A DNA stretch of 64,000 bases from Eledone cirrhosa (taxonomy: Eukaryota), in NCBI GenBank assembly GCA_964016885.1, contig OZ024740.1, positions 328,538,001 through 328,602,000 on the forward strand, given 5' to 3'. The position numbers and the translations under genes are program-made. Shown here piece by piece: positions 1 through 12,694 of this stretch (its first letter is position 1; each line of letters begins with the position of its first letter). The notes beneath the pieces are model-generated. The model was not told the DNA's origin. It searched no databases and was given only the letters and a program-made list of their open reading frames with translations.

Positions 1-81
1 CTCTTTACAAATTATCTCCTGTGATGGTTTTATGTGTTTATTTTAGATATACACATATATATATGTCAATCAATTTCTAGT

Positions 82-127
<46 letters not shown>

Positions 128-184
128 CGGCGATGAATTAGTTTTGCGAGGTTTTTTATATGAAATCGTGTGTCGAAACAAATA

Positions 185-1157
185 TTGTTATACTTGGGGA
201 GGGTCATATTTGTGTAATATTGCCAGAATTAATAACAGAACACACTCACTGTTTGGTTGGTTTTCGCTTCTCGCTTCTGTGTCTTTTATATCGGTAATCT
301 AACTTACTCGGTCCTCAATGTTGCCATTGACTGACCGACGGTCAAAAATAATACAGATACAATATAGACACAAACACATATATATAGTTTATCATGAACC
401 TTTCGTTGCACATCTGCAACATCGTCAGTGGTGCTATCTTTTCCTCCTGTTGTATTGTATGTCTACGCCATTTTTATTCAGTCTGTCTATATATTTATTT
501 ATTTATTTGCTTGTTTGTTTATTTTGTTTTGTCTTCTTTGCGCATGCGTTTGCGTGTGTGTATAGTGTTTTGTTTGCTGTGTGATGGGTGACTAGTGTGT
601 GTTTATGTGCTTGTTGTTATTGTGCTTGTGTATGTATTTATTTATTTATTTATTTATTTAATTTTATTTACTTATTTATACTTCTCTTAGGTCAGTGTTG
701 TTTGTTTGGGTGTTGTTGTTATTCCATTCATTCTTTCTATTTAATCTTGGTCTTCTAATTTCTATTTCACTGGCCTCTCTGATTTGCCTATCTGCTGGGT
801 AATTTCTATGTTTAGATATTATTCTAATTTCTATGTTGTCTATGTTACCGTCATGTTGTTGTCTAGCATGTTCGTATAGTACTGACCTGTTTTTTCGTCC
901 TTTTAGTTCCCCCCAGTGTTGGTCTATCCTTTCACCTATGCTACGAGCTGTCTCACCTATGTATGTTGTTGTCATGTTTCTGCAAGTACCCTCTGTACAT
1001 CTTATGCTATAGACTACGTTTCTAGTTTTACAGTTTATCCGGGGGTTCACCTTACATATGATACATTTCCTATTAGTACAGTGGGTTTTCTTAAAAGGGT
1101 AGGTTTTGCTGATCAGGGTTTTTATGGTGGTTCCTGGCTTTTCTACCACCTTTATTA
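185..1157 (-). mobile_element. 5'-truncated Penelope-like element (PLE): GIY-YIG endonuclease ORF 676-1149 plus 3' pseudo-LTR
   Basis: ORF has CTNRKCIIC, NVVYSIRC...YIGETARSIGERIDQH and the C-terminal E..EI....PRLN of PLE GIY-YIG domains. The 3' region recurs at 24100-24365 and 48030-48330. Confidence 0.85.
391..432 (-). ncRNA. Hammerhead-like motif in PLE pseudo-LTR (stem III/cleavage site degenerate)
   Basis: Minus strand reads cca CTGACGA t gttgca-gatg-tgcaac GAAA ggttcatga. Confidence 0.55.
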
Positions 1158-1410
1158 AAGAACGGGAAAAAACGAATATAATAGGTCATTATTTGGAGCG
1201 GTGAAAAACAATTACACGCAAAGACAAAACCACGTTTATGGTATAAAAGAAGTCGTAGACTAATATTCTATTAGGTGGTTCATAGAGACGTTCTCTGGCA
1301 AAGAACGGAAAAAACGAAGATAATACGTCATATGTGGAGCGTGGAGAACAATTGCACGCAAAGACAAAACCACGTAAATGGTATAACTGAAGTCGTAGAC
1401 TAAAATTCTA
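1158..1410. repeat. Diverged tandem duplication, period about 141 bp
   Basis: aagaacgg..aaaaacgaa...cacgcaaagacaaaaccacgt...gaagtcgtagactaa.attcta occurs twice. Confidence 0.85.
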
Positions 1411-1659
1411 ACTAGGAAACCGAATGATTCTCGGCTTTAGAGTTAAGAATAAAGTAAATAAAATACAGAGGTAATTGAAATTAAATAAATACATACACGC
1501 ATCCATATACGTACATACACAAGCATACGTGAAAACACTCGCTGTAGGTATACACATACACGCACGTACACACAAAAAAAAAACCCGCACGCACATACAG
1601 AACCCACGCAACGCTTGTACCCGCACGCATACGAATGTATACACCAAATACACATAAAA

Positions 1660-1741
<82 letters not shown>

Positions 1742-3764
1742 ACGTGTATACATATAATTAAATAAACGTATATAAATAAATAGATAAATAAATAAATATA
1801 TATATATATATATCCGTACATATGTATATATGTAAGTATATATTAAATGTATATAATAGATAGTATGGGGTGGAGTGGAGACAGTAAATGCTTCAGAACG
1901 GGGAGGGTGTAGGAGTTTAGAGCTAATGATTTAAACACGAATTCCATATAGTTAACTTGCATTGAAATATACTAAATTCCAACTCATTACAAAATTTATT
2001 TTGTTGCTGAAAAACTAAGGAATTTAAGGTCCTTTAATAAAGTTGAGTACAGCCGGAAATGCATAAAATGACATCCTATGTAGGAGTGCGATAGAATGTA
2101 TTATTTACTCTTTCGAAATTAATGTTAATTAACGGAACAGGTAATTATTCATAATGATTTCAGGGGGTGGCTTTGTATAAAACATGCATTCTGTATTCTC
2201 AAAAAATGTAATGATGATGTTCATTTTGTGTAATAATGAAATGACACCATATTTAATCATGTTGCTTAATTTAGTTTATTTCTCCTTCATTTTATTTTCA
2301 TACAAATAACATACAATTATAAATTTATTTATATTTGCGAAAATATGTGAAGTGAGTATATTTTGAAAAAAGAAACAAAAGAACCAAAATTTATATATAG
2401 TGTTCTTGCTCTTTGTTTTGTTATTAGTGCCGTACGTTGCTTAAGTATATTGTTAAAATACAATGGTAACACCAGGAAATACTTACTACAAACACTATAC
2501 AAAGAAAACAACACGTGTCATATGAGCAAGTAAAAGTGAACGAATGCTTAAAATTAGGTTACAAAAATACTTTTTAATTCCTAAGTGCTTTAAGTGTTTA
2601 CATCTGCTTTGATATTCAATAATTCCAACTATTTATATTGTTTCAATTATTGGTATTAGTGCATCAATATCTGATACAATGTGGATGCCTTTTTTTCTTT
2701 TATGACAAAGAAAATTTCAACAAAATAACCTGAGCACAATTCTATGTAGCAAAAAGAAACGAAAAGCATCCTGAATTTTTCAGATGTGGAAACTTCATTT
2801 GGTTTCCCAGCAGCCAGGAAATCAACAGTGACCCGAGAAATCAGTTGAAAAATATCACCGAGAAGTTTAACTTAACTTTAGAAATAAAAAATATAGCAAG
2901 ATACACCAGATAAAATGAAATATTTTGAGATGTCCCTGCCAGTCACAATCCAGGAAGAGAGTAAGATATAAACTATGAATTGATAATACCAGAACAGCAA
3001 AATATTAATCATATCACAACCTGCCAGAGAAAAGGACACAGAATATCGAAAAGATGTTAAAAATCACATCTAGTTGTATTTTCATCAAACATGTTTGAAA
3101 ATGAAGTTAAATTATTCTTAGCATAAAATTACTTCAGATATAGACAATCAAAGAGTATCTGTGGTAATGACCTTGTTTGGTAGCAAGAACTCAATGACTC
3201 TTCTTGGTTCCTATGAAAAAATTAAAATTAAAAAAATTAGAATTAAACATAAATAAATTTTAATAATTAATAAAAATTAGAAAAACACTAGTTCGTAAGA
3301 TAATGATTTATACGAGCTATGAACAAATGGGCAAACAGAAAACATGTTATATGAATCAATGGAGGCGTAAGTATTGATAGTTTCTGTTTTAAAGGGAAAT
3401 TCTGTTTACTGTGTTATATTGATGAGTTTTATTATTTATAATTTTATCAAAGACCTTTAAGGATGTCTTCTTTGAACAAGTTTATGTTATTAGAAAAACT
3501 TTTGAATGGGATTTTAAATATCCCTTACAATATCGTATAAAAATAAACACTAGCAATTGGTTGATCGTGTGTCTTTAAAAGAAATGAAATATTAGATAAT
3601 GATATGGAGCTATTTAAAACTAGAATAGCCATTAGAAAAATAGATAGATAGCTTTTTTGTATTTAGACATTTGCTTAATATTTAAAAAAAACGGAAAAGG
3701 AAGGGAAAGGCAAGGGCTCTAGGGTTACAGAAGAATAGGGTGAGGAAGAGTGTGATGTGCTCTG

Positions 3765-3990
3765 GGCTTAAGGCGCGGCGACGTTGGGGCTGCACCAAGT
3801 GGACAAGACCGCAAAAGCATTTCCGAGGACAATGGATCGCGACATCCAACCAATGCAACAGTCACTCCATCGCGCGGGAGTTCTTTTTCAGACGGACTGC
3901 GGAGGAGCTCGGCAGAACGGGGGTCGTGTACGCCTGATAACTTCTAAAACCGAAATGTATGCAACTGTTGTGCGCTCGGTTCGTTGGTGT
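3765..3990 (-). mobile_element. Decayed C-terminal fragment of a CRE-like (restriction-like endonuclease) non-LTR retrotransposon
   Basis: GC-rich island. Minus strand with frameshifts reads SGVHDPRSAELLR...SRAME*LLHWLDVAI..IVLGNAFAVLST, parallel to the 20.6-20.9 kb fragment. Confidence 0.55.
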
Positions 3991-5247
3991 TTTCCGTAGC
4001 ATACTGGCAGTAGACTGTAACATGTCACAAAATAGAATAGGAAGAACGAGGTTTTACGTCACATTTCCTGTAATGATAACGTCATTCATGCTGAGTTATT
4101 TTATTCTTTTATTCAGACGGATTTTAGAGTTGCGCTTTCTGATTGCTGGTTTGTATAACCCGATTCATATCCTGATCCGGGTGTATTATTGTCAAGTTTT
4201 GCAGCTGTCTTTAAAGATATCTCTGTATTCCACTGCCGGAAATACACAGTTCAAATTATTTAACTTCCGTTGACTCGGTTCACCTGGCTGTCAATACGTA
4301 CTACTACTTGATATTTACTGTTCACCGCGATTAGCAATAATAATGCTGTATAACAAAGACGTGTTTCATTATTTTGCAGAGTTGAGAGCAGGATATTAAT
4401 ACAAATTCAAAGAATTACAAAAGAACGTAGATTCTTTATAGTTTAGGCATCAGGTATACAGTTTATTGTACATGGGTTGTAACACGATAATCAAAAATAT
4501 GATAACTATGTCAACTCGAACAGTTCTGTAAAACAGACAAAATGTGTAAAGGAAGAGAAAGTTAAACAAGATAAGCAAAAGAAAAAAATATCATGCTTTG
4601 TAAGAGAAGGGAGTATAACATGTGTAAGAATGCATTCAATAGAGAGTTGCCCATACAGATATGAATTCTGCCAATGTGAATCTAGGTGCAGTCATCTAAA
4701 AGATGTTGTTTAGGTAGTAGTGTCAAATGATATCAAATAATTTAACCCCACCTAAATGGTGTTCGATTTCATTGCAAAGCTCCTTGAGAGTATATCGTTT
4801 TTCATAGCCAAAGGTTGATAAAAGCCCTGTGAGTAAAATTCAGTAGATGGAAACTTTTCAAATAATAGTCGAATGGAAAAAGCCTATTTTTGAATTGCAA
4901 TGCGAAATCTGTCACCCAGTTTAACACCACCACCTGACCCTTTGGTCCTCATAGCGGAGTCTATACTATTTTCTATTTTCTGAATAAGTCTTTGGTCTTA
5001 GGATAATTGAGGTATCAATTTATCTTTCCCCGTTTCCTTTACAACACTCGAAGTCCCACACTACAAGACATAATGTTGCTTTTCTTACGCCATATAAAAT
5101 CAACATATATTTTACAGAAATGTGTATGCGAAACGTACAGAAAAAGAAACATTCTTCCATAAGAGAAGAAATATAAAAAAAATGGAGTCAAAAATATTAT
5201 TGAAATCATTTACTTTAATTGCATTTTCTAAAACAATTTCACAACTT

Positions 5248-5351
5248 TGTGTTAACTATGGGTTTTACAAAGTAAAAAACGCTAATGGTATATATATATA
5301 TATATATATACCATTAGCGTTTTTTACTTTGTAAAACCCATAGTTAACACA
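5248..5351. repeat. Perfect palindrome centred on (TA)n
   Basis: tgtgttaactatgggttttacaaagtaaaaaacgctaatgg-(TA)n-ccattagcgttttttactttgtaaaacccatagttaacaca. Confidence 0.97.
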
Positions 5352-5362
5352 CACACACACAT

Positions 5363-5417
<55 letters not shown>

Positions 5418-5449
5418 AGAATATTTTCGAAACACACACACACAACCAA

Positions 5450-5511
<62 letters not shown>

Positions 5512-5703
5512 GTATAGGATTATCCTAGATGTAGTAATGGTTAATTACCACACTGGATATGGTTGACGTACGGTGAGAGGTTACTCAGCGAGTTATGGAA
5601 GAATTGTTGAGGAAACTTAGTTCCTGATCCTTCTGTATTCCGGAGTGTAGATAAAGAATGAATAATAACAGGTAGACATCATAAAAAGGTATTTTATTCC
5701 GTG

Positions 5704-5815
5704 TGCTTACAAATGTTTCCACGGTGGTAATACAGCCTAGTTATGCTATGTGCAAATTTACAACTATTTGCAGAACTCAAATATCAAATGCTGTGACCAC
5801 TGTATCATCAGAGCA
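5704..5815 (-). ncRNA. Type I hammerhead ribozyme with long stem II
   Basis: tgct CTGATGA tacagtggt...accaccgtg GAAA catttg TA agca; stem I tgct/agca, GUA cleavage triplet. Confidence 0.8.
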
Positions 5816-6894
5816 GAATGGTTAAAATGTACAATGTAAATACCCTTAAGTGAGGTTATTGGAGAAGATAGAGTAGAAAAGGAAGAGAGCAAAGTAGGGG
5901 AGAGGGAGAGAGAGAGAAATATATGCAGGGGTTGGAGAAATAGGAGAGAGTGGTTTGTAGATATCTTAATCAAAATGTTATGGTAGGGGTTTTATTATAC
6001 TGGTTACTTTTAGAGAGATGCGTTGATAGTCAAGGTTGGAATTATTTATTGCCCCAGAGGACAGGTTCATAGATCTAGAGAGGGAGGGAGGTAGGCCAAA
6101 GGCGAGAGGGAGAGAGAGTGGAATGGATATAGAGGGAGAGATAGAGAGGGGACAGATGAAATCTATGGGGTGGGTGAACTTTGGGTTCGTAGTAGTAATC
6201 TGCGAATTGCACTGAGTTACCATTTATAGTGATAAGCAGGGTATTGTCTTGTAGTGTGGAGGAAGAGAAGGTGGTTAGCTAGAAAGCGATGTTATAGTTA
6301 CGGGTTCGAATGTTAAGTTATTTTATAGTGAGAGAATTTAGCTTTTAGTTTGTGGTTGCATTATAATGATCGTTCGATTCTATCGTTAAGTAGTTTATTT
6401 TTGGATTTTAATATGTAAAAGAGTTCAAGGTTACATAACCTACAGTACTTCAATCCACTCCGATATGCACTTGCGCTGGAAAGTATATCCCATTTTTAGG
6501 TGAACTGTTGGTTGCGTTCACGGAGTTGCCAGGTCTTGTTGGCGAGCGTGGTCACAAAACGGTGATCAGGATGTTTGATTGAGAATCGATGACGGTACCA
6601 GCGAGATTTAAACGCGGTGGTGGTAGATCCGATGTAATACCATTTCTGGTCGTTCGATTCAACCGTGCATTGGTAAACAATGTTGGACTTTAGGCATTCA
6701 CTCTTCAATGGACATCTTTCAGGTAGATGGCAGTTACATTTTTTGTTGTGGGTAGCGGGTATACCATGGATAGGTTGTGATAGCAGTACAGGTGGGTTGT
6801 GTAATACCCGTCTCCCATTGGTTGGGAGGCAGATATTACGTTCTGCCCATCTGTTACCAAAATATTTTGTTTTGTAGTGTTGTTTTAACCATTC

Positions 6895-7006
6895 TGCTCT
6901 GGTGATACAGTGGTCACAGCATTTGATATTTGAGTTCTGCAAATAGTTGTAAATTTGCACATAGCATAACTAGGCTGTAGTACCACCGTGGAAACATTTG
7001 TAAGCA
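6895..7006 (+). ncRNA. Inverted copy of the same hammerhead, core mutated (CTGGTGA)
   Basis: tgct CTGGTGA tacagtggt...accaccgtg GAAA catttg TA agca. Confidence 0.7.
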
Positions 7007-7053
7007 CACGGAATAAATTACCTTTTTATGATGTCTACCTGTTATTATTCATT

Positions 7054-7098
<45 letters not shown>

Positions 7099-7561
7099 CG
7101 AAACGTCGTCCCCCACCTACCCCCCACTCTCCTGAGCGTGAAATTAATAAACATTTATTGTACTGCTTCTCTGTTCTGTCCCTGTTAAAATTTTTCCATT
7201 ATATATATATATATATGTATCTGTATCTGTATACGTAGTTGCATAAAGAAAATAGGGTGGGATATTACAAATTAAGTTGCAACTAACCACCTTAAAATAT
7301 CTGCTGGTGAATGTATAATTTTGAATGGTTGTTTTAGATACGTGATCTTTGCTAGGTTATACGTCTGCGTACTGAGTAAATATGGAACACATTATACCTG
7401 AAGTCCTTTAATCCTTCTACATGTTTTCATTCAATGGCGCTCTCCTGTCTAAATAGCAAGCATAATGTATTTAAACGTGGTTTGAATATTTTAATAAATA
7501 TAGTTTATTAATCCGTATTTAATTTGTAGTATTGTCAGCACATCATTATAATAGTAAAAGG

Positions 7562-7738
7562 GCAGTATTGGTAGAGGGTCAGACATGCTTTCCAGCATAG
7601 TTACGTCTCTTTACGATCTGAATTCAAATCCCGCCGAGGTTAACTTTGCCTTTCATCCTTACGGGGTCGATAAAATAAAGTACCAGTAATACACTGGGTA
7701 ATTTCTGGCCTTGTGCCAAAAGCAGAAACAATTATAAT
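7562..7738 (+). mobile_element. SINE (cephalopod-type family, about 180 bp)
   Basis: B-box-like gaattcaaatccc followed by gccgaggttaactttgcctttcatccttacggggtcgataaaataaagtaccagt; about nine copies in the window. Confidence 0.85.
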
Positions 7739-7964
7739 AGTAAATATTTCTGGTGTTTATTTACTTATTATACGCCCAAATATTTACTGAGAGGCACTGT
7801 GGTCTCCAGTTTGTTTACGATGAAGTCATTCCTTTTCTCAAAGTTAATCCCATTTGTTTTATGTTATTTTCATTACATCCGTTATATTAGATAAAATACA
7901 TTAGATTTCTTGACACACAACTAAAGTAATTCTTTACGGTAAATGTCTATCCCGATTCTAATTA

Positions 7965-8155
7965 ATTGTTTCTACATTTAGCACAAGGCCAGCAATTATC
8001 CCAGTGTCTTACTGGTGCTTTATTTTATCGACCCCGTAAGGATGAAAGGCGAAGTTAACCTCGGAGGGATTTGAACTCAGACCATAAAGGGCCGTAACTT
8101 TTTGCTACACAGCATGGCGTCAGACCCTCTACCGATACTGCCAATCCACCACCCT
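7965..8155 (-). mobile_element. SINE copy with target-site duplication
   Basis: Same family; flanked by ctatcc(c/t)gattctaattaat at about 7947 and 8156. Confidence 0.85.
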
Positions 8156-8199
8156 CTATCCTGATTCTAATTAATAATCCTCGTTTTAAATAAGATACA

Positions 8200-9500
8200 T
8201 ACAAATACCGCAGTTAAAACGTTCACAATTTCTTCTCGTAAGTTGTATTTTCAGTGAGTAATTTAATTTGGTGTTGGGTAGTAATTTCTTTAAGGATTTT
8301 AGTTGTCTTTCCTTTTAGATGTTTTGTGTTTCAAGAGCAGTTTCATTCTCGAGTCTTTTCTCAGTTGTGGAATGGTGTAGTAAGCTTTTATATGAAGTTG
8401 TTTTCATACATAAAATAAAGCATCGCATCTAAAATGTTTTAGTCCTTCAGTTCTTTGCTCTGACACACCCTATTCCGTATCCGGTTAATATTGCTGAGTA
8501 GTGTCTTTCGAGTAACATTTTCTGTAATTCTTGAAGTCGTTTATCCCGAAATAGATGACATTGTGAAGATTCTATATGTCAAATAAAATAATATGATATA
8601 TTTGTTCTGTGGGTGACAGGAATGTGGAAAAAAAAAGAGAAACATTGTTTTAAGAGATTTAAAAGATTTGAAGTAAATGTCGATTTCGATGTTTGTGTCT
8701 TGTTTAACGATTAAAATGTTAAAAATTGGAAATTGTTCTGACTATATTCCCTTGTAAATTGAATAATGTTATTCATATAATTAATGTTTTGAACTCATTA
8801 AGTTGATCGAGACTTTTTACCCACAGAATAAAGCAATCATCAAAATATTGTTTCCGGGTCTCAAATAAATATAAATTTGTTGCTGTATATTTCGTATATC
8901 TGGATTGTTAGTATATTTGGACTTCTACATATGCTGGTACTAAATTAATGTAAAGTTGAGGCTACTTTTGTTTCTACCGCGCTCCCAGATATATGTATCC
9001 ATTGAAGTCGAAATAAGAATTTTGTATTTCACAGGATGAATTTTATTCCTTCAGCTATGAATTGTTTGTGTGCAACTTTGTTTAAGCAGTTTTTCATACC
9101 TCCGATCCTTATTCATGTATAACCGTAGTATAGAGATTTAATTTATCAAGTGAAATAATAAGAGTGACTTTGTTGATTTTATCTGGAAATTGTTTAACAC
9201 GTCTAAGTTTTCTTTTATGAAACTCAGTGTATTTCAGAATAGATTTCAAACGAATATCCAAAATGTTTCAGATTAGTGTTTCACATGACAGAGCCATTAT
9301 AATTGGATTTAATTCGAATGTAGTATATTAATGAACTCTGAAGTTGATTCACCACTGGCATCGTTTATTGTTTTGGTTTTATAGATTTACGGGAGTTTAT
9401 AAAATGATGTAATCACATTCCTTGTGCACAAAATATTTTGGATTAGATCAATGAAAATATATAAATTTCTTCGTTATTTTTCATTTCTGGCAATCGATTA
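8200..9500 (-). pseudogene. Heavily decayed PLE reverse-transcriptase remnant
   Basis: Minus strand fragments such as QFPIFNILIVKQDTNIEIDIYFK resemble the LPFLD...TDIY.K part of PLE RT; many stops and frameshifts. Confidence 0.6.
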
Positions 9501-10726
9501 TTCTTTGAATGCAGGGGAGAGGAAGATAACCAAATATTGGGGCTTGACCGACCACTTTTCTTTACACGTCGGTCACCATCGAGACCTCAGGTGACCTCAG
9601 TCCCCGAATTACCGTTTTCTTCCGTAAAATCGGAAAGACAGCAGTCTGCCTCAGGAAAAAACCCCGTGAAGTGGGGTGCCTGTTGCAGCGGATATTGCTG
9701 TATTATATTTGTTATTTTACATCGAGCTACTCTCATACTGATAATATCGATGTAAAATAACAAATATAATACAGAACCGGAATACTTTATAAATATACTT
9801 TATTAAAAATCTTATGTTAAGATGGTTTCGTCTGGAATTAATATACGACTTTCTCTATCTTATTCTTATATGTGGCACCTTTTTGCAGATGATAGCAACT
9901 ATTATATATTGGATCTTACTTAGCTAGTCATTCTCTCTATATTGATCATCTCGAGTGGTTTGATGATCTTTGATAATATCGACATTTTAGCAGTTTAACG
10001 ACTATTTTGCTGACTACACCCAGTGGGTATTACTACATTTGAAGTATAATAGATCATCTATATACTTAGAACTGTAAAATTGGGCTGAACTTTTTATTAT
10101 ATATAGTAAAAATGTACCTTGAAGATTACTGTTATATTCTTGAATATAAGATCATTACTAATGAAGGTAAATATAGCAAACTCGACGGGAATAATGATAA
10201 ATAATTATTGTTATGTATCTTAACTATAATAAAGAAAGGAGTGCGGGACTGCGCCCAGAATGTATTTTTTTTATCCTTTTTGTAAAATAAGTTGGATTAC
10301 TTTGAATAAATAATGAATGAATATTACATAATTTGTATACTAAATTTCGTAAATCTTGATTAAATATAAATAATTTTATTGCTTATTTAAAGATTCCCTT
10401 CTTTAAAATTTTTAAATGTCAACATTTCCGGTTAGCGTCCGTTATATTATAATACTTATAAAACATCACATATATTTCCGTCGCTAATTTTCTCCTAATG
10501 CAGTTTATATATAATCTCGTCATATTAAAATGGATTACTTTACTGATTGCAGAAGGGAGTGTAACATAGACTCTCTTCAATTTCTGTAGATATTGTCAAT
10601 TACGATTATATTTGACATATCATATCTACATGCATATATATTGGCGTATACTATCAATATGCACACTACACAAGCTAGCTGGTTTTTCTGCTAGTATGAA
10701 TAATTACTACACTGAAATATAAATAG

Positions 10727-11316
10727 ACATGTGTTCAAATTGTAAGGGACCAAGTTCGTGAGGTTGGAAAAAATACTAACTATTAAATATATGGTTTGCC
10801 AGACTCAATTTAAAATAACAAATCAAGAAAAATAAAAACAAACATATATATGGCAACTGCCGGAACACCCAGATTGCTTTGGTAGCTGTTTCGCAATTTT
10901 TAGCGAAGGAAATTACCAATTCTTTGCTCATCAGTGGGTGTAAAATTAGTAATCCCGCCACTTCTAAGTATCTCAGAAGACTGAATAGTGTGCGAGTATA
11001 AAAAATAACGCACATTGCATCAGAACCTAGCTAGTCACATAAATACGCTATTAAAAATAACAGCCAAGTTTGCAGGACATTTAAATTAGCTCTACAAAAT
11101 TGATGGAGCCTACTATATCAAAGGTATATATTGAGTTAGAAACTCAAAATAGTCTCTTACATATAGTCTCTTATATATGGCAGTTGCCATATATAGGTTT
11201 GTTTTTATTTTTCTTGATTTATTATTTTAAATTGAGTCTGGCAAACCATATAGATAATAATTACTAATTTTTTTTTCAGCATGGCGAACTTGGTCCCTTA
11301 CAATTTGAACACATGT
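10727..11316. mobile_element. Non-coding fold-back element, arms about 135 bp (10727-10861 / 11178-11316), hammerhead inside
   Basis: acatgtgttcaaattgtaagggaccaagttcg and atatggtttgccagactcaatttaaaataa...atatggcaactgcc are both mirrored in reverse complement. Confidence 0.8.
10866..10940 (-). ncRNA. Type I hammerhead (stem III base mismatched)
   Basis: caccca CTGATGA gcaa...ttgc GAAA cagctaccaaagcaa TC tgggtg; 6-bp stem I. Confidence 0.7.
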
Positions 11317-11366
11317 ATGTTTATATCTGTGTGTTATCCTTCTTTTATATTCAATTATATTACATA

Positions 11367-11484
<118 letters not shown>

Positions 11485-11519
11485 TGCGCATCACTGATGC
11501 AAATATATATGCACATCAG

Positions 11520-11700
11520 TGATGCAGATATATATGATGCCTCTGCGGCATCCTTTCTGTCCTTCTGGGAGCAGGTTGTTTTTTTTTTTCAGGTGTCTGG
11601 TTATTTTCTGTGATAGTATTGAAGTTAAGGTTTTGTATGTAGTAGACAAACATGTTATGAGTCTGTAATATTTGGGGTTTGCTGTGAGCCAGTCAGGTAT
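11520..11700 (-). mobile_element. R4/Dong-like non-LTR RT fragment between (TA)n tracts
   Basis: [36 protein letters not shown]...[12 protein letters not shown] matches the YRPITCL...YK.LT...QKGC pattern of the R4 clade. Confidence 0.7.
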
Positions 11701-11715
11701 ATATGATATATGTAT

Positions 11716-11774
<59 letters not shown>

Positions 11775-11777
<3 letters not shown>

Positions 11778-12008
11778 TGAAGTAATTCCGTCGGAAAGGT
11801 CCAGGAAAAAAGAGTGCTCTATGTAGGTAACAGAGCTTAATAGTTATGTAATAAACAACATAAGGCAATTATTTCATTTACCAGTGGTTTCTTAAAAGCA
11901 ATACACCAGGATTTTTTCATTCTGATGATTGAAAGCAAAATTTGTTTGCTTTTAAGAAACCACTGGTAAATGAAATAATTGCCTTATGTTGTTTATTACA
12001 TAACTATA
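11775..12008. mobile_element. Short fold-back unit with hammerhead; same family as 45990-46802
   Basis: Arms of about 62 bp (atagttatgtaataaacaac...ttaaaagcaa and its reverse complement), flanked by (TA)n. Confidence 0.85.
11915..11975 (+). ncRNA. Type I hammerhead ribozyme
   Basis: tttcatt CTGATGA ttgaaagcaaa-atttg-tttgcttttaa GAAA ccactgg TA aatgaaa. Confidence 0.85.
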
Positions 12009-12108
12009 TATATATATATAACAAAGGAAATGTGGTAAGGGACCAGATGGACCATCACGCACCAGAGTACTCAATACTTAGGGTAGTAGAGTCGGAAATA
12101 GGAAAAAG

Positions 12109-12204
12109 TATGACCCCGACGGCAGAGCTCAAACCGTTTCGACGGGTATTTCTGAGTCCAGAAATAGCCGTCGAAACGGCTTGAGCTCTGCCGTCGGGGT
12201 CATA
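12109..12204. repeat. GC-rich fold-back containing the 3' half of a hammerhead
   Basis: tatgaccccgacggcagagctcaaaccgtttcgacgg...ccgtc GAAA cggc-ttgagctct-gccg TC gggg tcata; a related full-length degenerate copy lies at 34075-34164 (-). Confidence 0.75.
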
Positions 12205-12211
12205 CCCCCCC

Positions 12212-12253
<42 letters not shown>

Positions 12254-12270
12254 CACACACACACACATAT

Positions 12271-12356
<86 letters not shown>

Positions 12357-12519
12357 TAAAAGACAGACTGTGAAAGAGTGAGAGAGAGAGAGAATGAATG
12401 AGAAGGAGAGAGCAGTGTATTTTATGTTTATTTTCGTTACACTTGTTTCACTCGTGGCCCGGCTCAAAACCATTCACAACTATACAACGATTATGCAAGG
12501 ATTGAGCTCGACACCTTAG

Positions 12520-12694
12520 ATTATTGTGTCTACTTTGGGCACAAGGCCAGCAATTATCCCAGTGCATTACTGGTACTTTATTATATTGACCCCGTAAGGA
12601 TGGAATGCAAAGTTAAGCTCGGCGGGATTTGAATTCAGTATGGCAAGGGCCGTAACTCTATGCGCCAAAGCATGGTGTCCGACCCACTACCGAT
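12520..12694 (-). mobile_element. SINE copy
   Basis: Same family as 7562-7738. Confidence 0.8.

Larger units (their letters stand above)
5650..7060 (-). mobile_element. 5'-truncated PLE (probably Naiad-type) with GIY-YIG remnant and inverted pseudo-LTR
   Basis: CNCHLPERCPLKSEC, NIVYQCTV, YYIGSTTTAFKSRWYRH, continuing after a frameshift as KWDIL...YCRLCNLE...LLNDRIE. 5650-5828 is the reverse complement of 6882-7058. Confidence 0.88.

Noticed and set aside
9850-10095. Possible further GIY-YIG relic (YYIGS...GLN-like)
   Set aside because: Too degraded to support.
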